This document shows, piece by piece, positions 8,987 through 18,413 of a stretch of DNA of 64,000 nt (positions within the stretch are counted from its first letter, which is position 1; each line of letters begins with the position of its first letter). Source of the stretch: Patescibacteria group bacterium (GTDB taxonomy: Bacteria > Patescibacteriota > Minisyncoccia > Phycocordibacterales > PALSA-1337); assembly GCA_040384285.1 (NCBI GenBank), contig JAZKJN010000010.1, positions 11,995-75,994 of the forward strand, in the 5' to 3' direction. The translations under genes were made by a program, and so were the position numbers. The notes under the pieces were generated by a model. The model did not search any database. It was not told the origin of the DNA and saw nothing but the letters and a program-made list of their open reading frames with translations.

Positions 8987-10333
8987 ATGAATGATTACAT
9001 TGAATTATGGGAGAGGTCGCTTGTTGAGATAGAGTCAGCTGTCTCTCCAGCAAACTTTTCTACATGGTTCAACGGTACCTACATACTCAAACATGAAGAG
9101 GGGACAATCTATCTCGGAGTTCCAAACCCTTTTATCAAAGAATGGCTCTTCAAGAAATTTCATAACACTATTTTGCGCACATTGCGCCAGCAAAACGAGC
9201 AGGTACGAGCTCTCGAATACACCATTGTAAAGGATGCTGAGAAAAAGAAGGCCGAAGAGAAGAAAAAGGTACAAGCAAGCCCCACTATCTCTATGCCTCT
9301 TCAGGATTTTTATATCAACAAAGAGGACAATTTGAATCCTCGCTACCTTTTTGACTCATTTGTCGTAGGACCTTTCAATGAGCTCGCTCACGCAGCATCA
9401 AAGTCCGTCGTAAAGAGCCCGGGAGCAACTTACAACCCTCTTTTCATCTACGGAAACACGGGACACGGCAAGACACACCTCATACAGGCGATAGGGAATC
9501 ATATTAAAAAGGATTTTCCTCACAAAAAAGTCTTCTATCTCACCTCGGAGCGCTTTGGATCTGAGTACTTTGCCTCTCTCCAGACCAATTCCGTCCAGAA
9601 ATTCAAAGAGAAGTATAGAAAATACGATGTGATCATCATGGACGACATCCAGTTCTTTGCAAGCAAGGAAAAATTCCAAGAAGAGCTCTTCCATCTCTTT
9701 GAAACCTTCTTTCAGACAAACCGCCAGCTCGTATTTTCTTCTGACAAACACCCAAACTTCATCCCAGGACTCGAAGATCGCCTCAAGTCACGCTTTGGAC
9801 AGGGAATGATCATCGATATACCTGCACCTGATCAAGAATCTCGAGTGGCAATCCTTCGTGCAAAAAGCCTTTCAAGCAACATCGATCTCAGACCAGAGGT
9901 ACTCGACTTCCTCGCAGCAAACATAGAGAGCAATGTCCGTGAGCTCGAAGGCGTTATCAACGCCGTCGTCTGTCAGACACAGCTCAAACAGCGCCCTTTG
10001 TCACTCCTTGAGATAAAAAACCTCATCAAAAACAATACAAAGCCAAAGAAAAATATTTCGGTGAAGGACGTGATCAAGCTCATCTCAGAGTTCTACAACA
10101 TAAGTGAAGACAGCGTCTGTGACAAGACTCGAAAAAAGGAGGTGGTGAAGCCACGCCAAGTGATCATGTATATTCTCCGTGAAGATTTCAACATCTCTTT
10201 CCCATCGATAGGGGAGAAGATGGGGGGAAGAGATCACACGACAGTTATTCACTCTTGCGAGAAGGTGAAGGAGGACCTCAAGACAAATCCTCTCCTCATG
10301 GATGAGATCGCACAGATCCGAGCCATGATGTAG
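8987..10333 (+). CDS. dnaA: Chromosomal replication initiator DnaA
   Basis: NPLFIYGNTGHGKTHL, DDIQF, RELEG, RDHTTV. Confidence 0.99.
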   Translation: MNDYIELWERSLVEIESAVSPANFSTWFNGTYILKHEEGTIYLGVPNPFIKEWLFKKFHNTILRTLRQQNEQVRALEYTIVKDAEKKKAEEKKKVQASPTISMPLQDFYINKEDNLNPRYLFDSFVVGPFNELAHAASKSVVKSPGATYNPLFIYGNTGHGKTHLIQAIGNHIKKDFPHKKVFYLTSERFGSEYFASLQTNSVQKFKEKYRKYDVIIMDDIQFFASKEKFQEELFHLFETFFQTNRQLVFSSDKHPNFIPGLEDRLKSRFGQGMIIDIPAPDQESRVAILRAKSLSSNIDLRPEVLDFLAANIESNVRELEGVINAVVCQTQLKQRPLSLLEIKNLIKNNTKPKKNISVKDVIKLISEFYNISEDSVCDKTRKKEVVKPRQVIMYILREDFNISFPSIGEKMGGRDHTTVIHSCEKVKEDLKTNPLLMDEIAQIRAMM

Positions 10334-10585
10334 TGGGGATATGTCTGGGGATCTCTTGGGGAAAAGTATGTGGAAAGAGTGTGGGATACATGAGGATGCG
10401 GTAGGGAAAAGATGGAGAAAAAAGAAAATCAAGAAGAGAAGTGGAAAACCTGTTAGAAATTGTTCTAAAGTTATCAACATCCAAGCCTTCCAGAAAAAGC
10501 CTTCAAATAAAGGTAAAATAGAGTTATCACCATATCCACAGGACTAATAGTAATAATAAGTATTTATATATAATAAAGAACCCAC
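10334..10585. other. oriC (dnaA-dnaN interval) with DnaA boxes, DnaA-trio-like repeats and AT-rich unwinding element
   Basis: TGTGGAAAG and GTGGAAAA-type boxes, TTATCAACA 10472-10480, tandem TTATCACC/ATATCCACA 10524-10540, then CTA-ATA-GTA-ATA-ATA and TATTTATATATAAT. Confidence 0.85.
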
Positions 10586-11689
10586 ATGAAGATAGAATGT
10601 GCACAGGATAAACTCAAAGAGGCGATAGGCAACGCAGAGAAAGTATCTGGGAAGCACATGTCTCTTCCTGTGCTCTCATGTGTTCTTATCGAGGCAACAG
10701 AAAAATCTATTGTCATCAAAGCAACAAATCTTGATACTGGTCTCGAAATAAATATCCCAGGAAAGGTTTTGGAACCAGGTGTAGCGGCAGTTCCTGCACA
10801 GATACTAAATTCTTTCGTGGCGAGCCTTGTGGGGGCAGAGAAGAGTATTGTACTTGCAACTTCAGAGAATAATTTAAAGATACAAACACCTCGATCTTCT
10901 GGAACAATAAAAACTCAGGCACATGAGGACTTTCCTTCAATACCAAAGGTTGTCGATGGGTCTACATTCTCTCTTCACTCAGGGGAATTGCTCAAGGGTC
11001 TCAAATCAGTATGGTATAGCTCGTCAGTTTCAAGTATCAAACCAGAACTTTCAAGTGTATATATCTATTGCGAAGAGGGATTTATGGTTTTTGTTGCCAC
11101 AGACTCTTTCCGACTTGCAGAAAAGAAGGTAAAAATGAAAACAGTAAAGGATTTCGGTCAGATTCTCATTCCTTTCAAAAATATTCCTGACATTATGCGT
11201 GTTTTAGAGCCAATCAATGATGAGGTAGAGATTTCTCTCAATAAAAATCAAATATCCTTCTCTCATAAAGGCCTCTACCTCACATCTCGAGTGGTTGATG
11301 GAGTATTCCCCGACTACAAGCAGATAATCCCCAAGGCAAGCACTACAGAGGTCGTGGCGCTCAAGCAGGATCTGGTCAATGCTTTGAAAATTTCAAATAT
11401 TTTTTCTGATAAATTTAATCAGATAAATATAAAAGTCGATCCATCTCACAAGCAGTGCGAGATAAAGACAAAAAATAATGATGTGGGTGAAAATATCACC
11501 ACACTCGACTCTGCCATAACAGGGGAGGCGATCGATATCAATTTCAACTACAAATATATTGTTGATTGTTTCCAGTCAATCGATTCTGACAGCGTAACAC
11601 TCATATTTGCTGGCCTCAACAAGCCCTTGATTGTTAAACCTCTTTCAGATACCTCATTTCGATACTTGGTGATGCCGATGAATCGTTAA
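10586..11689 (+). CDS. dnaN: DNA polymerase III beta clamp
   Basis: VATDSFRLA, FPDY, C-terminal VMPM; follows dnaA. Confidence 0.98.
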   Translation: MKIECAQDKLKEAIGNAEKVSGKHMSLPVLSCVLIEATEKSIVIKATNLDTGLEINIPGKVLEPGVAAVPAQILNSFVASLVGAEKSIVLATSENNLKIQTPRSSGTIKTQAHEDFPSIPKVVDGSTFSLHSGELLKGLKSVWYSSSVSSIKPELSSVYIYCEEGFMVFVATDSFRLAEKKVKMKTVKDFGQILIPFKNIPDIMRVLEPINDEVEISLNKNQISFSHKGLYLTSRVVDGVFPDYKQIIPKASTTEVVALKQDLVNALKISNIFSDKFNQINIKVDPSHKQCEIKTKNNDVGENITTLDSAITGEAIDINFNYKYIVDCFQSIDSDSVTLIFAGLNKPLIVKPLSDTSFRYLVMPMNR

Positions 11690-11700
11690 TTTTGTAATAC

Positions 11701-11958
11701 ATGGAAAATATCAGCAAATTTTTTGGTATATTCAAAAATAAAGCTGTTGAGCATATCCATAACCGTTCTGTCATCTGCGAGGCTTTCAAAAAACTACTGG
11801 ATCAAGACATGCAAGCAGAGGATATTACCATCAAGGACGGAGTGATAAAAATAAAAGGATCTCAGGGGCTCAAGAATGAGATTTATATAAAGAAAAAACC
11901 GCTCCTCGACTACATTCAGGGGAGAGCGGTTAATTTCAAACCTATTGATATTCAGTAG
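11701..11958 (+). CDS. Small protein, possibly DciA/DUF721-like
   Basis: 85 aa directly after dnaN; IKDGVIKIKGSQGLKNEIYIKKKPLL pattern resembles the DciA core. Confidence 0.55.
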   Translation: MENISKFFGIFKNKAVEHIHNRSVICEAFKKLLDQDMQAEDITIKDGVIKIKGSQGLKNEIYIKKKPLLDYIQGRAVNFKPIDIQ

Positions 11959-14499
11959 TTAGTTTTCGATTACAATATCGAGTGTATCTTCTGCTTTGTT
12001 CAGCACTGTGTCGTATGAAATTACCTTGATCACATTTCTGTCCTCGATACCGCTCACATCCTCTGGGGTAAAGTTCAAAGTCTTCGGGTCACTTTCATTT
12101 GTTGTTATGTATCTTCCGTTGATATAGAGCTCAGACTTTTTGAGGGGATGCTTTCCGGAGGCGCTGACGGTGATAGTTACGCGAGTCTTTGGACTGATAG
12201 GGGTGGCTTCTTGAGCTGAAGATATATCGATTCTGAGGTTATTTTCGGCGGTATGCACATCATCCGTTTCTTTCGGTACCGTGGTGTCGGCGGTCTCTAC
12301 AAAAGTTGGATTTGTTTTCTGCCATATGGTAAACCAGTTTCTTACACCGTATTCCCAGTTCTCATATTGAGAGTCAGCTTTTGGATCTGCAGGTATTGGT
12401 CCGCGAGGATCATTTTTTGAAACCCAGTGGAGAATGTTATGTACGCTTGGGAATACCACCTCTTCTTGTGCTTCAGGAGGAGTAAACTCTGTAGCAACCT
12501 TTCCAGAAACCCTGTCCTTCATGTAAGAAAGACCTCCTTTCCAGATTCCTCGAAGCGTTGGCTTTACGTCTGTAGGGATCGGTTCAGGTTTTTTAAAGTA
12601 CTCTGCATCAAGCTGATCGTTGATCTCTGACATAAATGCTCCCCACACAGGGGCAATGATGAGACCGGCAACCTTTTTATCCATTGGGGTATTGTCATTT
12701 TTTCCTGCCCACGCTCCAACTACAATATTAGGCGTATATCCTTCGATCCATACATCACGAAAATCGTTTGTCGTTCCTGTCTTCACTGCAACTTGTTTGC
12801 CCAAAGGATCAATGAGAGAGCTGAGGCTTGTGAGTCGTACTGAAGGGTCTGAAAGAATATCAGAGATCTGTCGAGCAGCCTCTGCAGGGATCGCCTGAAC
12901 AGGATTTGAAGCATTTTCCTCGAGGACATTTCCTTGGCTATCCTCCACCTTGAGGACAGAGCGGTAGGGATTTCTCACGCCGTCGTTTGCAAACACTCCA
13001 TAGGCGCTGGTAAGTTCAAGGAGAGAGACTTCTCCTCCTCCGAGAACAAGAGTGAGTCCGTATCGTGCAGGGTCGGTGAGGCTGGTGATTCCCATTGCCT
13101 GTGCCGTATCGATGGAGTTATTTAAACCTGCAAGATACAAAGTTTTTACTGCTGGAATGTTTCGAGAATGAGCAAGAGCTTGGCGCATTGTCTCAGGTCC
13201 TTCAAAGACATCGTCATAGTTAACAGGGGAGTAGCACACCTTTTTTGGATCCGCACCTGCTTTCTTTGGCTTTCCTTCGGGAGTACATTCTGATGAGAAT
13301 TCAGTCTTTACATCAAAAAGAACTGTTTCTGGCGTGTACCCCTTCATAAATGCTGTTGCATACACGAAAGGCTTGAAGGTAGATCCAGGTTGTCTCTGTG
13401 CGGTAGCAACATTGAAGTTACCCTCTATTCTCTTATCAAAATAGTCGCGAGACCCTACCATTACCAAGATATCTCCACTCTTTGGGTCGATAGCTACCAT
13501 GGCTGTGTTGCTTGCGTTGAAAGAAGACTCAAGTGTTGGCGCAAAATTTGAGACCACTTTCTCTGCTTTTTCTTGCATTGAGTAGTCGAGACTTGTGATT
13601 ACTTTCAAACCTCCTTCTTCCACCATTTCCTCTCCGTACTTTTCAACCAAATAGTCTTTTACGTAGAGTGTAAAGTGGGGAGCACGGATGCCTGTGGTAT
13701 TTTTTTGCAAAAATTCAACCTTTTCTGCAAGTGCGGCTTCATATTCCTCATCGGTTATGAGTTTGTTGCTCTTCATCTGCTGAAGAACGAGTCTTTGCCT
13801 TACTTCGAGTCGGTCTACGTTTTTACCGTAGGGAGAATAGAAGGTAGGGGCTTGAGGAATAGCTGCAATATAAGCAGCTTCTGCCAAAGTTACGTCATGT
13901 GAGGTTTTTCCAAAGAAGGTCTGTGTCGCTTCTTCCACTCCGTAGAGACTTCCTCCATAAGGAGATTCGTTGAGATAAGTTCCGAGGATTTGGTCTTTTT
14001 CCAAAGCTCGGTCAAGCTTTACAGCGAGAACCCACTCCTTTATCTTTCGAGTCGGTGTCTTGTCGGTGGTGAGAACAGAGTTCTTGATCACCTGCTGAGT
14101 AATTGTTGATCCTCCCTGGGTGAGTCCTCCTGGAGTAAGGTTGGCAAGGATGGCCCGGATGATAGCTGTGGGCTTGATGCCTTTGTGAGTATAGAATTCT
14201 GCATCTTCTATCGCGATCGTCGCGTTTTTGATGTGTTGAGAAATAAACTCAAAAGGAACAATGGTTCTTTTTGTATCTGCATGTACATCGTACAAGAGGA
14301 TTTCTCCAGTACGGTCAAATATTTTTGTAGATTGGGATACCTTTCGAGTCTCAAAGGAGCTCAAATCGGGAATTTTAAGAGTGGCAAACCAAATAATGGC
14401 AATGCTGGCGCAAATCAAGAAGAAGGAAACACCGAGGGCTATGAGGCGTTTGAGAGCGGTCCGACCTCCTTTTCGAAGAAGCTTCTTTCTATAAGTCAT
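11959..14499 (-). CDS. Class A penicillin-binding protein (PBP1A family)
   Basis: Transglycosylase EDAEFY and GGSTITQQ; transpeptidase GSTFK, SRN, KTG. Confidence 0.97.
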   Translation of the reverse strand: MTYRKKLLRKGGRTALKRLIALGVSFFLICASIAIIWFATLKIPDLSSFETRKVSQSTKIFDRTGEILLYDVHADTKRTIVPFEFISQHIKNATIAIEDAEFYTHKGIKPTAIIRAILANLTPGGLTQGGSTITQQVIKNSVLTTDKTPTRKIKEWVLAVKLDRALEKDQILGTYLNESPYGGSLYGVEEATQTFFGKTSHDVTLAEAAYIAAIPQAPTFYSPYGKNVDRLEVRQRLVLQQMKSNKLITDEEYEAALAEKVEFLQKNTTGIRAPHFTLYVKDYLVEKYGEEMVEEGGLKVITSLDYSMQEKAEKVVSNFAPTLESSFNASNTAMVAIDPKSGDILVMVGSRDYFDKRIEGNFNVATAQRQPGSTFKPFVYATAFMKGYTPETVLFDVKTEFSSECTPEGKPKKAGADPKKVCYSPVNYDDVFEGPETMRQALAHSRNIPAVKTLYLAGLNNSIDTAQAMGITSLTDPARYGLTLVLGGGEVSLLELTSAYGVFANDGVRNPYRSVLKVEDSQGNVLEENASNPVQAIPAEAARQISDILSDPSVRLTSLSSLIDPLGKQVAVKTGTTNDFRDVWIEGYTPNIVVGAWAGKNDNTPMDKKVAGLIIAPVWGAFMSEINDQLDAEYFKKPEPIPTDVKPTLRGIWKGGLSYMKDRVSGKVATEFTPPEAQEEVVFPSVHNILHWVSKNDPRGPIPADPKADSQYENWEYGVRNWFTIWQKTNPTFVETADTTVPKETDDVHTAENNLRIDISSAQEATPISPKTRVTITVSASGKHPLKKSELYINGRYITTNESDPKTLNFTPEDVSGIEDRNVIKVISYDTVLNKAEDTLDIVIEN

Positions 14500-14542
14500 T
14501 TCGAAATTTTAGCATATTTATGATACAGTACATAGTAAATTT

Positions 14543-15769
14543 ATGTTTAATTGGAATACCCCAAAGCCGATACAGGACGAAAAAAAGATAGATGCGCTTC
14601 TTGAACGAGGGGTGGAAGCTATTTTTCCGAGCAAAGAATTTCTCAAAGCAAAACTTATGAAAGGGGAGCGAGTGACTCTCTACCTCGGTATCGATCCTAC
14701 TGGGCCCACACTTCACCTCGGTCACCTCATTCCTCTCCGAAAACTCGCTGAATTCCAGAAGCTTGGACACCAGATCATCCTTTTGATCGGAGATTTTACA
14801 GCAACCATCGGAGATCCTACGGATAAACTTGCCACTCGAGTTCCTCTTACTCGCGAGCAAGTATTAAAAAATGCAGAACTCTACAAAGAGCAAGCTTCAA
14901 AAATTATTTCCTTCTCTGGAAATAACAAGGCTCTTATTAAATACAATTCAAAGTGGCTCTCTCATATGCCGATGGAAGAAATATTTAAGCTTATGTCTCA
15001 CATTACATATGCTCAAACAATTAAGAGGGATATGTTTCAGCAACGCATCGCTCAAGGTAAGGATCTTTCTCTCCACGAGTTCATGTACCCTATCATGCAG
15101 GGCTATGACTCAGTAGCTATGGATGTGGACGGGGAAGTGGGAGGCAATGACCAGACGTTCAACATGCTTGTTGGACGTGATCTCCTAAAGAAGATGAAGA
15201 ACAAAGAGAAATTTGTCGTAGCCTCAAAACTTCTTGTTGATCCAAGTGGCAAGAAAATGGGAAAGACAGAGGGCAATATCGTAAGTCTCGATCAAACACC
15301 AGAAGATATGTTTGGAAAGGTCATGAGTTGGAGCGATGAACTTATTGTTCCAGGATTTGAAATTATCACCGATGCTTCACTAGAAGAAATCACTACCATC
15401 AAAGACGCACTTGCTCGCGGAGATAATCCTCGTGATCTCAAAGTCCGTCTCGCTCATGCCGTGGTCTCGATGCTTCATGGAAAAGAAGAAGCCGACAACG
15501 CAAAAGAATCTTTCGAGTCTACTTTTTCAAAAGGGGAAGTGCCAGAAGACATTCAAGAGATAAAAGCTGATAAAGATTCTCTTTTGCGTGATGCGATCGT
15601 GGGAGGAAAAATAGTTGATTCAAATGGAGAATGGCGACGACTCGTAGAATCAAAAGCAGTATCTTTTGCAGACACAAAAGAGTCCATTACGGACCCCTTT
15701 GTAAAAATCGAACGTGATTGTATTGTGCGAGTGGGCAAAAAGAGATTTGCCAAAATCAGCGTTCGCTAA
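14543..15769 (+). CDS. tyrS: Tyrosine--tRNA ligase
   Basis: GIDPTGPTLHLGH, GGNDQ, KMGKT, C-terminal S4 domain. Confidence 0.98.
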   Translation: MFNWNTPKPIQDEKKIDALLERGVEAIFPSKEFLKAKLMKGERVTLYLGIDPTGPTLHLGHLIPLRKLAEFQKLGHQIILLIGDFTATIGDPTDKLATRVPLTREQVLKNAELYKEQASKIISFSGNNKALIKYNSKWLSHMPMEEIFKLMSHITYAQTIKRDMFQQRIAQGKDLSLHEFMYPIMQGYDSVAMDVDGEVGGNDQTFNMLVGRDLLKKMKNKEKFVVASKLLVDPSGKKMGKTEGNIVSLDQTPEDMFGKVMSWSDELIVPGFEIITDASLEEITTIKDALARGDNPRDLKVRLAHAVVSMLHGKEEADNAKESFESTFSKGEVPEDIQEIKADKDSLLRDAIVGGKIVDSNGEWRRLVESKAVSFADTKESITDPFVKIERDCIVRVGKKRFAKISVR

Positions 15770-15784
15770 TTCTCGCGTTCCTTC

Positions 15785-15961
15785 TTACTCTTCCCACTTA
15801 TCCTTGAAAGGATCGAGCTCTTCGTCATCGAGAGCTCCGTCTTCGTCGAGCTCTTCTTCTTCGAGCGTACCGGGAATAAGCTCGGGATCGGTTTCTTTTT
15901 CGTCATCGAGCAATGGGGCAGGTGTTACTTTTTTTATTTCAGCTTCTTTTACTTTTGGCAT
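15785..15961 (-). CDS. Small very acidic protein, 58 aa (not in ORF track)
   Basis: Manual translation MPKVKEAEIKKVTPAPLLDDEKETDPELIPGTLEEEELDEDGALDDEELDPFKDKWEE*. Confidence 0.75.
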   Translation of the reverse strand: MPKVKEAEIKKVTPAPLLDDEKETDPELIPGTLEEEELDEDGALDDEELDPFKDKWEE

Positions 15962-16048
15962 AAATATTCTTTGTATTTTGTATAATTCTTTTTCTGTTAC
16001 TTCCTGGATTTCATATTTGTAACAAAACCTAAAAACTTTTGCAAATTT

Positions 16049-16525
16049 TTACTTCTGTGGAAAACTTGATTTGAGGTATGCGGCGCAGGTGAGAGCTACG
16101 GCAATAGCGTCATATTCATCATCCAGAGCCTTTTTCTTTTCCATTTTGACAAGCAAGGAAATCATCTTGATCACTCCCGTCTTATCCGTGCCACCATGTC
16201 CTGTGACGGCAACTTTGATCTGTGGTGGGGTGTATTCATAAATAGGAATATCTTTCACTGCTGCCAGATATGAGATCACTCCACGGGCTTCTGCAACCTT
16301 CATTGCCGTCTTCTGGTTTTTAGTAATAAACAGAGACTCGATCGCCATGGCGTCGGGGGAGAATGTTGCCAGTACTTTTTCTATACCTTCACCCACTTCT
16401 TTCAAACGAGTGTGAAAAGAGTCTTTAGAATTTGTTTCGAGACACGCTGAATATAAAAGTTTGTTGTCTTCTATAACCGCGATGCCCACACGGTCGTATC
16501 CTGGATCGATGCCGATTATTTTCAT
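16049..16525 (-). CDS. ruvC: Holliday junction resolvase RuvC
   Basis: IIGIDPG, AIESLF, EARGV, DDEYDAIAVA. Confidence 0.97.
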   Translation of the reverse strand: MKIIGIDPGYDRVGIAVIEDNKLLYSACLETNSKDSFHTRLKEVGEGIEKVLATFSPDAMAIESLFITKNQKTAMKVAEARGVISYLAAVKDIPIYEYTPPQIKVAVTGHGGTDKTGVIKMISLLVKMEKKKALDDEYDAIAVALTCAAYLKSSFPQK

Positions 16526-16527
16526 TG

Positions 16528-17058
16528 TTATTCAGCGTTTGTGAACACCTCCTGCACTTCGTCGTTTGATTCGAGATCTTCTACGAGCGCATGAAGCTTT
16601 TCTACATCCACATCCTCAAGTGGCATAGTGCTCTGCGCCACCCATCCTTCGTGAGTCTTTGTAAATGCCCATGAAGCACTCCCTGGAGCAGCGAGTTCAG
16701 AGCCATGTCGAGTGAGAATTGCTTTTACTTCCTGTGCAGCTTTGTTCCTGTTATCAGTGAGGGCATCGATGAGAAGGGCAATACCTCCTGGGCCATATGA
16801 TTCATAGACGATTGATTCCATCTGAGCGCTGTTGTCAGTGGATGCTTTCTTTATGGCTCGATCGATCGTATCGTTTGGCATGTTTTCTTTCTTTGCCTTT
16901 TCGATCGCCATTGCAAGTCCTGGAGACTTTAGATTTCCTCCAGCTTTCTTTGCTTCTACAGTGATAAGTCGCACAAGCTTTCCAAACGCCTTACTCTTCT
17001 GTGCATCGTTCTTTGCTTTCTGATGTTTAATTTTTGAAAATTTATTATGTCCTGCCAT
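16528..17058 (-). CDS. yebC: YebC/PmpR family protein (short form)
   Basis: MAGHNKFSKIKH, YESYGPGG, TDNRNK; 176 aa versus about 240 typical. Confidence 0.93.
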   Translation of the reverse strand: MAGHNKFSKIKHQKAKNDAQKSKAFGKLVRLITVEAKKAGGNLKSPGLAMAIEKAKKENMPNDTIDRAIKKASTDNSAQMESIVYESYGPGGIALLIDALTDNRNKAAQEVKAILTRHGSELAAPGSASWAFTKTHEGWVAQSTMPLEDVDVEKLHALVEDLESNDEVQEVFTNAE

Positions 17059-17070
17059 ATATGTAACTTA

Positions 17071-18078
17071 TTATAATAATCTTGCCGAACCTTTGATATT
17101 CAAATGCCCGTACGCCTTGTCTGTGACACTTCGTCCGCGCGGTGTGCGTTCGAGAAGTCCGAGCTGGATGAGATAGGGTTCATACACTTCTTCAACAGTG
17201 GCCTGCTCTTCTGAGAGGGCAGCGGCAATAGTATTCAATCCCACTGGACCTCCGCCAAACTTTTCAATCATAATTTTCAATATCTCGCGGTCGGCATTTG
17301 TAAGTCCAATATCATCAACCCCAAGCATGGCAAGAGCCTTCTCTACGATTTCTTTTGAAAGCGGAGCCTTGTGGATTTGTGCGTAGTCACGACAACGTTT
17401 CAAAAAGTAGTTTGCAGTACGAGGGGTAAAGCGACTTCTCTGTGCAATTGCCTTCATTGCATCATCATGAATCTCAATATCGAGAATCTTTGCCGATCTT
17501 TTCACAATTTCTCCGATTTCCGCTTCGGTATAGAATTCAAGCTTGAAAACTCCTCCAGAAAAACGTGATCGTAGAGGCGAAGAGATCATCGCGATACGAG
17601 TCGTAGCAGCAATGAGGGTGAAAGAGGGGAGTTCGAGCTGGATAGTGCGAGCAGAAGGACCTTTTCCGATGATGATATCGAGATTACCCGATTCCATTGC
17701 TGGATAGAGCACTTCTTCGATTGCTTTGTTTAAACGATGGATCTCATCGATAAAAAGAATATCTCCATGTGAGAGGTTGGTCAAAATAGAGGCGAGGTCG
17801 CCGACCTTCAAAATAGCTGGACCAGAGGTGACTTTCATCTGAGCCCCTGTTTCTTTTGCTATAAGATGTGCTAATGTTGTTTTCCCAAGACCCGGAGGTC
17901 CGTAAAAGAGGATGTGTTCAGGTGGATGTGCCCGTTCTTTGGCTGCAGTCAGCAAAATATGGAGATTATCCTTGATATTTTTCTGCCCAATATAGTCCGC
18001 CCAGCGGCTAGGGCGCAGGGTATTGTCGAGATAACCCGTTTCTTTAGGGGAGTCTGTAGCAGGAATATCACTTGACAT
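17071..18078 (-). CDS. ruvB: Holliday junction helicase RuvB
   Basis: GPPGLGKTT, FIDEIHRL, RTPRGR. Confidence 0.98.
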   Translation of the reverse strand: MSSDIPATDSPKETGYLDNTLRPSRWADYIGQKNIKDNLHILLTAAKERAHPPEHILFYGPPGLGKTTLAHLIAKETGAQMKVTSGPAILKVGDLASILTNLSHGDILFIDEIHRLNKAIEEVLYPAMESGNLDIIIGKGPSARTIQLELPSFTLIAATTRIAMISSPLRSRFSGGVFKLEFYTEAEIGEIVKRSAKILDIEIHDDAMKAIAQRSRFTPRTANYFLKRCRDYAQIHKAPLSKEIVEKALAMLGVDDIGLTNADREILKIMIEKFGGGPVGLNTIAAALSEEQATVEEVYEPYLIQLGLLERTPRGRSVTDKAYGHLNIKGSARLL

Positions 18079-18155
18079 ATTTAAATAGTTATGCTAAGCT
18101 ATTGGTATTAAGGAACCCAATAGGTAATACGGCACATTTACAGTATACCACCCAC

Positions 18156-18354
18156 GAAGCGACGTTGCGGGTTCATAAATCTCTAAACAATATAACTGGT
18201 TTACTCCAGGTATCTGAGATAGGTTTGAGGACATTCTGGTTATCACCCCGTGTGTATACACTGGGGTTATCCTTGAGGCTATCTTTAACTTTTGGTGATC
18301 GCATTGAAAGTATTGTTTAGAGATTTCTGCACCTGAACTCTCTTACTCCGCTTC
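18156..18354 (+). ncRNA. Candidate 6S-like rod-shaped RNA
   Basis: Perfect 16-bp inverted repeat 18177-18192/18311-18326, outer helices, central bubble, apical stem with several G-U pairs on + strand only. Confidence 0.55.
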
Positions 18355-18385
18355 CTTCCTGTTTTAAATACTACTCCTCCTATAG

Positions 18386-18413
18386 AAAAGCACAATTGAC
18401 AGTGCCTTTTTTT
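18386..18413 (+). terminator. Probable intrinsic terminator
   Basis: GCAC/GTGC stem with flanking A-run and T7 tract. Confidence 0.45.

Noticed and set aside
10085-10547. Short ORFs overlapping the dnaA-dnaN interval
   Set aside because: Region is explained by oriC; ORFs have biased, motif-free sequence
15714-16022. Ser-rich 102-aa + strand ORF
   Set aside because: Antisense shadow of the Asp/Glu-rich minus-strand microprotein
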